DNA from: Flexilinea sp.
GTDB taxonomy: Bacteria > Bacillota > Clostridia > Peptostreptococcales > Anaerovoracaceae
NCBI GenBank assembly: GCA_963631945.1
Contig: CAVGSW010000001.1
Span: 1-44,265 of the forward strand
Direction of reading: 5' to 3'
Length of the DNA: 44,265 bases
Shown here: positions 1-9,423 of the stretch, one piece after another
How the letters are laid out: every line of letters starts with the position of its first letter
Position numbering within the stretch: the stretch's first letter is position 1
Translations under genes and position numbers: made by a program
Notes under the pieces: generated by a model
Database searches by the model: none
Told to the model about the DNA's origin: nothing
What the model saw: the letters and a program-made list of their open reading frames with translations, nothing else

Positions 1-1830
1 GTTATTGATATAACTGCGGAGAAAGACCGTGCCATCACAACCGCTGAGGAGTGTTTCACGCAGATTGATAGCATCATGGAAAGCAACAAAGCTGACAAAG
101 AAGAAGTAGAGGAAGAATACAGTGCGTCCGCACTTAAGTCTGCGGAAGAAGTTGCATATATCTTAGAGGAAAATCCTGATGCAATCAAGGATATCGATGA
201 ACTGAAGAAAATCGCTGAACTTTGCGAAATCGAGGAAATTCACATTTTCGATGAGACGGGAACCATCGTTTACGGCACGGTTCCGGAGTATTATGGATAT
301 AACTTCGGCTCAGGCTCGCAGATGAGCTTCTTCCTACCTTTGCTGGAGTCCAAGGGACTCAAGCTCGTGCAGGATGTTACGCCGAACACCGCTGAAGGCA
401 AGTCAATGCAATATTCAGCTCTTTGGATGGATAACGGCAAGTACATCGTCCAGATCGGTATCAACCCGAACGAAATCCTCAAGGCGACCGCAAAGAACGA
501 GATTTCATATATTTTCTCGCAGATGCAGGCAAACCCGAACATTCGCTACTATGCGATCGATAAGCAGTGGGGCAAAATTGAAGGTGCTAGCGATGTGTCT
601 TGTGTGGATGAAAAGATTTCTAGAATTATCGGGCAGGAGCTTGATTTGGAAGATGTTCCTGAGAGTATGACTTGCACTATCGATGGCGAGAGGACGCTAT
701 GCGTTTTCCACGAGACGGATGATAATTATATAATTTACACGATTCCGACCTCGGATGTTTACGAGCGTTTGCCGCACAACATGCTGACTATGGCTGTGTC
801 GCTCATTCTGGCGACGGTGCTCATGTTCCTCTCAATTAGGAGAAACCTCAACAAACTCGTTGTTGACAGCATAGACAAAGTTAACGAAAAACTCCGTAAA
901 ATCACTCGCGGCAATTACGACCAGCGCGTTGACGTGACTGGAAGTGAGGAGTTTGAGGAGTTGTCGGATCACATCAACGCTATGGTTCAGTCGCTTCTCA
1001 GCAACAGTGAGAACCTATCATATACGCTCAGCACTTCGGGCATCCGAATTGCTACATATCAATATAATAAGAATTCGGAAACTGTTACAGTTGCAGGCGC
1101 CATGACTTCGGTTCTGCCGCTCACGGAGGAGGAGGTAAGGCTCATCATTTCGGATTCTAAGAAGTTCCACGAGATGATTGAGGCCATCAAGGCTCATCCA
1201 TTCGACGTTAAGGATTACATTTATCGCACGAGCGCTGAGGGCGAACATTACGTTAAGCTGAAGGAAAAGACGAACAGCGAAGGCACGTTCGGCGTAATCA
1301 TAGACATGACGGAAAGCGTTCTTTTGCTGAAGAAAGCCGAGAAGGAGCGCGATACGGATATCTTGACTGGCATCGCGAACAGGCGCGGCATGGATGCGAA
1401 GATTCAAGATTTAATAAGCGAAGATGGCGGACATGAGCTGTGCGCAATCGTAATGATAGACGTTGATAACCTCAAGTGCATCAACGACAATGTCGGACAC
1501 AACGCTGGTGATAAATACATTCGCACGATTGCTCATAAGTTGAGAGACTTGGCGCCTGGCAAGTGTTTCGCATCGAGGCAGGGCGGAGACGAGTTCGTGC
1601 TTCTGATTCACAATGTGACGCAGGATGAAATAGACGAAATCATGAACAAGATTGATGATTTCAACGACAAGCCGCTGTACGGCCTGCCACCAGACATACC
1701 GCTGAGCTTCTCGTATGGACTCGCGGTTTCCGACGACCTGAACAAGTACTCGTCGATGTTCTCCAAGGCCGACTATCGGATGTACGAAAACAAAAAAGCC
1801 CGCAAAAGCAAACAGTGTAAAGACAAATAG
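1..1830 (+). CDS. Membrane-anchored sensor diguanylate cyclase (extracellular sensor region, TM helix, HAMP, GGDEF); 5' end lies outside the window
   Basis: Frame is open from base 1 (VIDITAEKD...), upstream of the listed Met at 76. TM helix (MLTMAVSLILATVLMFLSI), HAMP-like segment (KITRGNYDQRV...EEFEELSDHINAM), DILTGIANRR, MIDVDNLKCIND..GH..GD and RQGGDEF motifs. Confidence 0.9.
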   Translation, partial: VIDITAEKDRAITTAEECFTQIDSIMESNKADKEEVEEEYSASALKSAEEVAYILEENPDAIKDIDELKKIAELCEIEEIHIFDETGTIVYGTVPEYYGYNFGSGSQMSFFLPLLESKGLKLVQDVTPNTAEGKSMQYSALWMDNGKYIVQIGINPNEILKATAKNEISYIFSQMQANPNIRYYAIDKQWGKIEGASDVSCVDEKISRIIGQELDLEDVPESMTCTIDGERTLCVFHETDDNYIIYTIPTSDVYERLPHNMLTMAVSLILATVLMFLSIRRNLNKLVVDSIDKVNEKLRKITRGNYDQRVDVTGSEEFEELSDHINAMVQSLLSNSENLSYTLSTSGIRIATYQYNKNSETVTVAGAMTSVLPLTEEEVRLIISDSKKFHEMIEAIKAHPFDVKDYIYRTSAEGEHYVKLKEKTNSEGTFGVIIDMTESVLLLKKAEKERDTDILTGIANRRGMDAKIQDLISEDGGHELCAIVMIDVDNLKCINDNVGHNAGDKYIRTIAHKLRDLAPGKCFASRQGGDEFVLLIHNVTQDEIDEIMNKIDDFNDKPLYGLPPDIPLSFSYGLAVSDDLNKYSSMFSKADYRMYENKKARKSKQCKDK

Positions 1831-1835
1831 AAAAA

Positions 1836-1866
1836 TGAAGCCCTCCGAATTATCGGAGGGCTTTTT
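1836..1866. terminator. Bidirectional intrinsic terminator between convergent GGDEF and PBP1A genes
   Basis: AAGCCCTCCGA-atta-TCGGAGGGCTT perfect stem, T-run on the right and A-run on the left. Confidence 0.85.
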
Positions 1867-1871
1867 CGTCG

Positions 1872-4868
1872 CTATTCCGCAGGGTGCGGGTTGTAGTTCG
1901 GGTCGTCGGGGTCGTCGATTATGTCGTCGTCGCTCTCGTCATCCGTCGCTGGGTCGTCTGGGTTGTCTGGCTCAACGTATATCGGGTCGATAGGGTAGGC
2001 CTCAGTATCGGAGTTATGCATGTTGCAGTAATACTGCGGAACTGGGTTGCCATCCTCGTCCGTCGCTTCGCCTTCGTAATATTTAATCTTCTTCGTGTTC
2101 GGACAGTCCGGAGTTGCGAGGTAGCCGCTGTCTACGCATACCTTCGCTTTTATCTGCTTAACCGCGCCCTTCGTAGGCTGAGTGCCGTCCGTGAAGTACT
2201 CGGTACGAGTTTTCTCCGTCGAAGCTGTTGGCAGCTGGCCTGTCTCAGCGTCTATCTTAACTGCCACTACGTTGCTCGGTCTGGATGAATAGCTTCCGCC
2301 TCGAGCTCCGTTGATCTGCGCCATTATCTTGCCCCAGAGGGTAGCTGCCTTCGGGGACATGGACGAAAGCTTGATGTTTACGTCGTTACCGATCCAAATG
2401 GATGCGGAATAATTTGCTGTAAATCCGTCGAACCAAATATCGTAACTATCTGATGTAGTACCAGTCTTACCACCGACGCTTTCACCAGAAATCGCTGCAT
2501 AGTAACCGATACCATCGGATACTACGCTCTGGAGAATGTCTCTCATAATCCATGCAACGCCAGAATTGAGGACTTCTGTCTCCTTGACCGTTGGCTCGAG
2601 GAGAACGTCGCCTGCTTTGTTCGTAACCTTCGTGTAGCAAGTATAGCTCTTGTGTACGCCGTCGTTTACGAATGTCGTGTAGGCACTTGCCATCTCAAGC
2701 GTCGTAGCGCCCTTTGTCAGGCCGCCCATGCCGAGTGCTGCAAGGTTCAGGTCGTTCACGTCACCTTCGGAAACGAGGGTAGTGAGACCAAATTTCTCAG
2801 CGAGGTTGTACGAATAATCAACGCCAACCTGTGAGAGGATCTTGACTGCACAGACGTTGATGGACTGCTGCAGTGCCTTACGGAACGATACGTCGCCGAG
2901 GTAGGAGTTGTACGAGTTCTTCGGCCAAACTCTGCCGTTTATCGTCGTCGGTTCGTCGACTACGATCGAGGCTGCTGTGATGTAATCGCCCCAAAGCTTC
3001 GTTCCTTGCTCGTCTATACCGTTGTCAACGAGAGGGAAGGTCTCGCCGTTCGCCGCACAATCGTAACTCTTCTGGAGAGCTGCCGAGTAAACTGCGAGTG
3101 GCTTGATTGAGGAACCTGGCTGTCTCGGTGCAGTCGCTCTGTTGTAGAGCATTCTGCCCGTGGTCTTACGGCCGCCAATCATTGCCTTTACTTGGCCTGT
3201 TTGGTTGTCGATGATTGTCATAGCTGCTTGCGGCTGGATGACCTTTTGTCTGAGGCTGTATTCTGTCGTCTTCAGCTTCTTGCCGTCCTGAACGAAGAAG
3301 TCTGGATAGTCTTCGAAGAACTTCGCGCTTACAACTAGGTTGCCATCGGAATCTTTGCTCTTGTATTCCTGCGGGATGTTGATGTAGCCACCGGAAATGG
3401 AGTAGAGCTTGCCGTTTTCTATCGTGTACATGTTCTTGAACTCGACGCTGTAATCAGTCGTGCCTTGAACAGTCGTGTCGTAAATCGCAAGGCGCTTGCC
3501 TGCGTATATCGTCAGCGAGCCGTCGTCGTTCCATTTGTATTCGCTCTTTCTGAGCTTGAACGAGCCGTCTTTGCTGATGTAGTTCGAGTATTTGTACAGC
3601 AGGACGCCGCTTCCGTTGGAGCTCAGGATATTGCCTTTGCTGTCCGTGCTGTAGCCGACTGGGTCAGGGAAGTTCGAGTCGTCCTTAAATTCCTTCTCGA
3701 CGACTGACTGTGCCTGCGAGTCCATGGTCGTGTAAATTTCAACTCCGCCTTTGTAGACTACATTGTAGGCTTTCTCGTAATCGTAGCCGTATTCTTCCTG
3801 AAGGTCGCTGATGACCTCGGTGATTACGTAGTCTGCGAAGTAGTTCGAAACCTCGTTGAGCGCGTCGACGTTCGGATTAACCATGTCCTTGATTTCGGTA
3901 TCTTTTGCTTCTTCGTATTCCTCATCTGAGATATAGCCTTGCTCGTGCATGAGGGCGAGGCAGGTCTTGATACGGTCTGCCGCCGCGTCGTTCCATACGT
4001 AAGCGTAGTCGCCGACGATTTTGATGATGTTATCCATATCCTCGGTTACTTCGCTTGCGGAAATCGTCTGAACGAGCTTGTATGCGGAAGGAGCCTGTGG
4101 CATAGCCGCGAGTGCTGCCGCCTCTGCAATCGTTACATCTTCGATATCCTTGGAGAAATACGCTTGTGCTGCTGTCTGCACACCATAGCCGCAGCCGAAG
4201 TTTACCGTGTTCAGGTAAGCCTCGAGGATTTCGCTCTTGCTGAGTTTTTCCTCCAAGATGACTGAGTAATATGCCTCGGTTATCTTACGGCTGAGCGTTC
4301 GCTCCGACATCTCGTCCGTCAGATAAAGGTTTCTGGCGAGCTGCTGTGTGATCGTACTCGTGCCGCTGATGTGTCCGCCGTTGAAAAACGCGTCTTTGAT
4401 TGCGCCGAAGATTCTGACGATGTTGAAGCCGTGATGCTCCTCGAATGTCTTGTCTTCAAGGGCGATGAATGCGTATTGAACGTGCTTCGGAATCTTGTCA
4501 ATGCTGACTATCGTTCTGTTTTCTTCGGCGAAAACGTTGTCGATTACTTGTCCGTCGTCATCGTAGAGCACCGAACTCTGGGAGAGGAGACTGTAGATGT
4601 TGCTCGTGTCAATCTCCGGTGCCTTCATGATGATGGTCGCTACATAGGCTGTTATCCCAAGTGCGATAACTATGAATATGCAAATCAGGAATTTTATGAA
4701 TTGCTTCTTATTCAATTTGTATTTTTTCTTCTTTTTGCGGGAGGTTGTTGCTGCTGTCTCGGTGCTAAGCGCTGCGTCTGCATCTGTGCTTACGTTTACG
4801 CCTGCTGCCTCGGCTGCTTCGAGCTCGTGCCTCCGTTCGCGTCTTGACTTGTGCGTAGTTTCGCTCAA
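1872..4868 (-). CDS. Class A penicillin-binding protein (PBP1A family; transglycosylase + transpeptidase)
   Basis: N-terminal TM; GT motifs EDKTFEEHHG, GTSTITQQLARN, RKITE; TP motifs SSIK, SIN, KTGT; TTG start with GGTGA SD. Confidence 0.93.
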   Translation of the reverse strand: MSETTHKSRRERRHELEAAEAAGVNVSTDADAALSTETAATTSRKKKKKYKLNKKQFIKFLICIFIVIALGITAYVATIIMKAPEIDTSNIYSLLSQSSVLYDDDGQVIDNVFAEENRTIVSIDKIPKHVQYAFIALEDKTFEEHHGFNIVRIFGAIKDAFFNGGHISGTSTITQQLARNLYLTDEMSERTLSRKITEAYYSVILEEKLSKSEILEAYLNTVNFGCGYGVQTAAQAYFSKDIEDVTIAEAAALAAMPQAPSAYKLVQTISASEVTEDMDNIIKIVGDYAYVWNDAAADRIKTCLALMHEQGYISDEEYEEAKDTEIKDMVNPNVDALNEVSNYFADYVITEVISDLQEEYGYDYEKAYNVVYKGGVEIYTTMDSQAQSVVEKEFKDDSNFPDPVGYSTDSKGNILSSNGSGVLLYKYSNYISKDGSFKLRKSEYKWNDDGSLTIYAGKRLAIYDTTVQGTTDYSVEFKNMYTIENGKLYSISGGYINIPQEYKSKDSDGNLVVSAKFFEDYPDFFVQDGKKLKTTEYSLRQKVIQPQAAMTIIDNQTGQVKAMIGGRKTTGRMLYNRATAPRQPGSSIKPLAVYSAALQKSYDCAANGETFPLVDNGIDEQGTKLWGDYITAASIVVDEPTTINGRVWPKNSYNSYLGDVSFRKALQQSINVCAVKILSQVGVDYSYNLAEKFGLTTLVSEGDVNDLNLAALGMGGLTKGATTLEMASAYTTFVNDGVHKSYTCYTKVTNKAGDVLLEPTVKETEVLNSGVAWIMRDILQSVVSDGIGYYAAISGESVGGKTGTTSDSYDIWFDGFTANYSASIWIGNDVNIKLSSMSPKAATLWGKIMAQINGARGGSYSSRPSNVVAVKIDAETGQLPTASTEKTRTEYFTDGTQPTKGAVKQIKAKVCVDSGYLATPDCPNTKKIKYYEGEATDEDGNPVPQYYCNMHNSDTEAYPIDPIYVEPDNPDDPATDDESDDDIIDDPDDPNYNPHPAE

Positions 4869-4943
4869 TCAAATCACCCGCTTTCTATCTAAATTCATAA
4901 TCTCATCCAAAATCCGTTAATTACTTTGGATACATACGAAATT

Positions 4944-4972
4944 AGTATACCATATTTCATACGATAAAACAA
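4944..4972 (-). promoter_or_regulatory. Putative sigma-A promoter of the PBP1A gene
   Basis: Minus strand TTGTTT-17bp-TATACT with extended TG. Confidence 0.55.
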
Positions 4973-5004
4973 ATACTTATGAGAAAAAACATAAAAAATA
5001 GCGC

Positions 5005-5033
5005 TTGCCAATTACTGTAATTCAGGATATAAT
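5005..5033 (+). promoter_or_regulatory. Putative sigma-A promoter of comEC
   Basis: TTGCCA-17bp-TATAAT; spacer contains the palindrome AATTAC-T-GTAATT. Confidence 0.65.
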
Positions 5034-5095
5034 ATTACACGGGATTATAAAAAGGATTTATTCAGATTTCTTTGCATTTAGAATGGAATGAAGAG

Positions 5096-7306
5096 ATGCG
5101 AAGAAAATGTTTTGATATTATTTTGGTTTTGATTATGGTGCTGGTGGCGGCCGACGCGGTTGGGCTGCCGCTGAAGGCTGGGATGCTCGCGCAGGCGGGC
5201 GGCCGTGCCAACGTAAGCTCTGGGGGCACGGCCGCGGCCGACGCCTGCACCGCAATCGTTTTTGATGAGGCGGTGCAGTGCGTCGGCAAAATCGTCAGCG
5301 TCAAGGAAGACGAGGATAGGATAACGCTGACGATTCGCCTGCGCTCTTGCAACAACCAGCCCGTAAGCTACAGCGAGGACGTGCTCGCGTACATCTACGG
5401 TGATTACAGCTGGTCAGGGAGTAGCGCTGATACAGAAGCAGAATCTGCGTCTGCCAGCGGTCTTCAGGGCGCAGATTTCGTGCGCCAGACAATCTCATTT
5501 AAATCTGTACTGTCCAACGCAGCAGAGGCAGGCAATCCGCACTGTTTCAACTACCGCAAGTACCTGAAAAGCAAGAAAATCGGCAAGACGACGACCATCA
5601 AGTCTTACACGTTCATCGACGAACCCGAGAGCCTGCGTGACAAGTACGAAAAGGCGATATACAGCGCTCGCAAAAGCTTCCTCGATAACGTTTCAGATAA
5701 CGCGAAGGGCATGATTTCTGGAGTTCTGTTCGGCGACACGAGCTATATCGAGGACGAAGTGTACGAGGAGTTTCGGCACAACGGCACCGCGCATATCCTC
5801 GCTGTCAGCGGACTTCACGTCAGCATACTCTACGGAATGTATAAGAGATTCGTGGGGCGGAGGAGAAACGCAATCGCGCTTATCCTCTTGCTTGCAATGC
5901 TATTTCTCTACGGCTCGCTTGCCATGTGGAGCACATCAGCATGTCGAGCAATTATAATGATAATCATCAGCGTCACTGGAAGATATATGGATAGGCGCTA
6001 CGACATGCTGACAGCGCTGAGCATAGCAGCGTTTATTTTGATATGCTATAATCCTTATGTCATATTCGGGGCGGGGTTTCAGATGTCGTTCCTTGCGATA
6101 ACTTCTATTGCGTTTCTGCAGCCAATTGTGCCAGAGCGCATCCCTGAGTGGCTCACGACCGCACTTGCTGTGAACATCGGGCTTCTCGCATATCAATGGT
6201 ACAATTTCAACTATGTTTCGCTCGTGAGCCTCATCGCAAATATTCCGATTATATACATGACTGGGTACTTTGTGCCGGCCGCATTACTTGGATTTTGCGT
6301 TTTCAACATCGGAATAGGATGGGAGGTAATGCGGCCCGTGGTCGAGGGATTTGCCCTCATGCTCCAGAAGACGAACCACTGGCTGACATTCGGTGGGCAT
6401 TCGGGCACGGATGCTGTCTCACTGCCGACATTTGTAGTAATTGCAACGGCTGCGGGGATTTTCTTCCTCGCATCGGAGAGCTTTTTCATCATGCGGACGA
6501 GGAAGCAATACAAGAAAATTATTGTAGTGTTTACGATAATTTTTATCTGTTCACTTGTGGGCGAGACGTTCACATACTCGCCGATTACGCACGACGACGT
6601 GATTTTCGTGGATGTGGGGCAGGGCGATTGCATCCACATCAAGGCGGATGGCAGAAACGTCCTCATAGATGGCGGTGGCGATGCGGATTACAATGTCGGC
6701 AAGAACAAGCTGAAGCCATATCTGCTCAAGAACGGCGTCGCGGAGGTGGATGCGGCGCTCGCAACTCATAAGCATACGGATCATTACAAAGGTTTGACGG
6801 AGCTTTCAGCTGAGATGGATAATTTTTCGATATACACTGGAATGACAGCGGGAAAGCGCGTTAGGATTTCCGAGTCTGACAGCGTGTACATCGAAGCGCT
6901 GTGGCCGCTAACGCTTGCGGAAGGCCAGGAGCAGGAAGAAAACAAGGATTGCAGCGTGTTCATGGTTCACTATGGCTCGTATAAAGTACTCGTGACGGGA
7001 GATCTCGACAGCGAGGGCGAGGCCGAGCTCATCAAGTACTACGGCTCGGGTGAGACCCTGCGCGCAGATGTACTCAAGGTCGGCCATCACGGCAGCAAAA
7101 CGAGTACATCAGCGGAACTGCTAGCAGTTGTGCGCCCCAAGATTGCTGTAATTCAGGTTGGGAAGAACAATTACGGTCATCCAACTTCGGAAACTCTGGA
7201 TAGATTGGAAAATGCGGGATGTATGATTTTTCGTAATGACCAAGACGGCGCGGTCGGCATTAAATTCAGCAAAAGCGGCATGAAGGTGCACAGAAATCTT
7301 TCGTAA
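5096..7306 (+). CDS. comEC: DNA internalization competence protein ComEC/Rec2
   Basis: NPHCFNYRKYL, HILAVSGLHV competence motif, multiple TMs, C-terminal metallo-beta-lactamase domain (DVGQGD, THKHTDH, GHHGS, NNYGHP). ATG at 5096 preferred over TTG 5072. Confidence 0.93.
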   Translation: MRRKCFDIILVLIMVLVAADAVGLPLKAGMLAQAGGRANVSSGGTAAADACTAIVFDEAVQCVGKIVSVKEDEDRITLTIRLRSCNNQPVSYSEDVLAYIYGDYSWSGSSADTEAESASASGLQGADFVRQTISFKSVLSNAAEAGNPHCFNYRKYLKSKKIGKTTTIKSYTFIDEPESLRDKYEKAIYSARKSFLDNVSDNAKGMISGVLFGDTSYIEDEVYEEFRHNGTAHILAVSGLHVSILYGMYKRFVGRRRNAIALILLLAMLFLYGSLAMWSTSACRAIIMIIISVTGRYMDRRYDMLTALSIAAFILICYNPYVIFGAGFQMSFLAITSIAFLQPIVPERIPEWLTTALAVNIGLLAYQWYNFNYVSLVSLIANIPIIYMTGYFVPAALLGFCVFNIGIGWEVMRPVVEGFALMLQKTNHWLTFGGHSGTDAVSLPTFVVIATAAGIFFLASESFFIMRTRKQYKKIIVVFTIIFICSLVGETFTYSPITHDDVIFVDVGQGDCIHIKADGRNVLIDGGGDADYNVGKNKLKPYLLKNGVAEVDAALATHKHTDHYKGLTELSAEMDNFSIYTGMTAGKRVRISESDSVYIEALWPLTLAEGQEQEENKDCSVFMVHYGSYKVLVTGDLDSEGEAELIKYYGSGETLRADVLKVGHHGSKTSTSAELLAVVRPKIAVIQVGKNNYGHPTSETLDRLENAGCMIFRNDQDGAVGIKFSKSGMKVHRNLS

Positions 7307-7328
7307 GTAAAAATATTTTCAAAGGCTG

Positions 7329-7357
7329 TTGAAAAAGCTTGTGAACGCATATATAAT
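7329..7357 (+). promoter_or_regulatory. Putative sigma-A promoter of holA
   Basis: TTGAAA-17bp-TATAAT directly upstream of the GGTGA SD. Confidence 0.6.
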
Positions 7358-7373
7358 AATAGTTGGTGATATT

Positions 7374-8435
7374 ATGGCAAATAGGGCATATAACAACGAA
7401 AAAGCAGAGCACGCTTACAAGAAATTCGGGACAGACTTAAAAGAAAACAATTTCGGGCCGGTTCTTTTTTTGTATGGCGTTGAGCAATATTTGGTGGAGT
7501 GGGCGGTTAGTGCGCTCGTGAAGAAGTACGTGAACCCTGCAGCTACCACATTTGATTTCGTGAAAATTGACGAGGATGATGCACCTATTGATGAGATGAT
7601 TACGGCTTGCGAGACATTTTCCATGTTTTCGGAGAGAAAGGTCGTTTGGTTGAAGAACCACGTTTTGCTGAAGACGGCGAATCCGAGGGGATTCACGGAG
7701 AGCGACAAGCAGGCAATCCTCGACTATATTGCAAGCCCGTCCGAGCAGACAATCCTAGTGATTTCAACGGAGCAAGAGCAAAAGACGCTTGACCTCTTCA
7801 AGGAAATCAAGGCAAAATCGCAGTGCTATAACTTCAGTCAGCTCGACAGGAAGCAGCTCGTGGCGTTTGCGGAGAAGCGCTTCAAGGCGGCGCAGGTTGC
7901 AATTCGCAAGGATGTCCTGTGGGACATGATCGAAGAGACTGGCTATTTCAACAAGGAAACGGACTACAGAATCTTTAATCTCGAGAACGATATCAAGAAA
8001 GTCATTGCTCACAGCGATGGAATAGAGGTAAAACGTGAGGATGTTTCGGCGGCACTCAACGGCGACATGGATACGTTTATTTTCAACTTCCTCGATGCGG
8101 TGTCCAACAAGCGGAAGGATTCGGCTTTCATGATAATGCACAACATGCTTGGTTCTGGCGGGAGCGTCTATCAGATACTCGCAATGCTTGTGGGTCAGTT
8201 TGAGCTTCTACTCGAGACAAAGGAATTCAAAGAAGACGCGATGTCGCTGCAGGAGATGGCAAAGACTATGAAAGTCAACGAATTTCGTCTGAAAAAGGCG
8301 CTTCAGACCGAGGCGAAGTTTACGAAGGCGAAGCTGCGCGACATACTTTCGCAGCTTTACGAAATAGATAGGAATATCAAGACTGGCGCTCTGGATGGCA
8401 ATTTGGCACTGGAGCTACTCGTTGGCAAAATTTGA
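7374..8435 (+). CDS. holA: DNA polymerase III delta subunit
   Basis: LFLYGVEQYL, SMFSERKVV, C-terminal DRNIKTG..LALE; conserved comEC-holA synteny; ATG 7374 with SD. Confidence 0.88.
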   Translation: MANRAYNNEKAEHAYKKFGTDLKENNFGPVLFLYGVEQYLVEWAVSALVKKYVNPAATTFDFVKIDEDDAPIDEMITACETFSMFSERKVVWLKNHVLLKTANPRGFTESDKQAILDYIASPSEQTILVISTEQEQKTLDLFKEIKAKSQCYNFSQLDRKQLVAFAEKRFKAAQVAIRKDVLWDMIEETGYFNKETDYRIFNLENDIKKVIAHSDGIEVKREDVSAALNGDMDTFIFNFLDAVSNKRKDSAFMIMHNMLGSGGSVYQILAMLVGQFELLLETKEFKEDAMSLQEMAKTMKVNEFRLKKALQTEAKFTKAKLRDILSQLYEIDRNIKTGALDGNLALELLVGKI

Positions 8436-8456
8436 TTTTATTGGAGGGAGAGTTTG

Positions 8457-9386
8457 ATGGATCATGGTAAACAGAGACGGGCGGACCTGATGCTCGTTCT
8501 CGTGACGCTTTGCTGGGGCGTTTCGTATTATTTGATGGATCTTAGCCTTGCGGACATGGACCCATTTACGCTGAATTCGTACAGGTTTCTGATAGCGTTC
8601 GTAATCGCGGCACTGTTTGCTTGGAAAACTGGCAAGCTGAAGAATATAAGTAAGGCCACGCTGATATACGGCTTCTTTGCGGGATTCACACTCATGTTTG
8701 TCTACATCGGAGCTACGTTCGGCGTTAAGTACACGACTCTGTCGAACTCGGGCTTCCTGTGTGCGCTTACGGTTATATTTACGCCGATATTCGGTTGGAT
8801 TTTCCTGAAACAGAAGCCAGACAAAAAGCTGACGCTCGTCGTAATAATGTGCACGATTGGCATTGCATTCCTGACATTGAAGGAAGATTTTTCGATAAAT
8901 ATGGCAAATCTCAAGGGTGACCTGCTTTGCATCAGTTGCGGTGTGGCATATGCGGTTAACCTTCTGATTACAGAGAAAGCCGTGGAACGCGAGGACGTGG
9001 ATGCCTTCCAGCTCGGCGTTTTCCAGCTCGGTGTGACGGGTGCGCTCAACCTGATAATGGCTCTGATTACTGAAGTTCCGCATCTTCCAGGCAGCGGAAC
9101 CGTGTGGGGAAGCGTGCTTTTCCTCGCTGTATTCTGCACGGGCGTTGCGTTCATCGTTCAGCCGATTGCGCTTCAGTACACGACGGCATCGCACTCGGGT
9201 GTTATATTCACGCTCGAGCCAGTGTTCTCTGGCATTGTCGCAGCGATATTCGCCCACGAGATTCTTTCTGCTCGCTCGTATTTCGGTGCGTTCCTGATGA
9301 TGGCTAGCATCTTGATCATGGAAGTCGACTTCAAGTCGCTACTCGGCAAAGGCGGCAGCGGTAGCTCGGAAACTGATATTAAATAA
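8457..9386 (+). CDS. DMT/EamA family transporter
   Basis: About 10 hydrophobic helices in two EamA-like repeats; WGVSY, LEPVFS motifs; GGAGG SD. Confidence 0.88.
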   Translation: MDHGKQRRADLMLVLVTLCWGVSYYLMDLSLADMDPFTLNSYRFLIAFVIAALFAWKTGKLKNISKATLIYGFFAGFTLMFVYIGATFGVKYTTLSNSGFLCALTVIFTPIFGWIFLKQKPDKKLTLVVIMCTIGIAFLTLKEDFSINMANLKGDLLCISCGVAYAVNLLITEKAVEREDVDAFQLGVFQLGVTGALNLIMALITEVPHLPGSGTVWGSVLFLAVFCTGVAFIVQPIALQYTTASHSGVIFTLEPVFSGIVAAIFAHEILSARSYFGAFLMMASILIMEVDFKSLLGKGGSGSSETDIK

Positions 9387-9387
9387 A

Positions 9388-9423
9388 ATGAAAGGACTAT
9401 TCGGTTCGAATAGTCCTTTTCCT
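9388..9423. terminator. Bidirectional intrinsic terminator between DMT and recN
   Basis: AAAGGACTATTCG-gtt-CGAATAGTCCTTT perfect stem. Confidence 0.85.
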
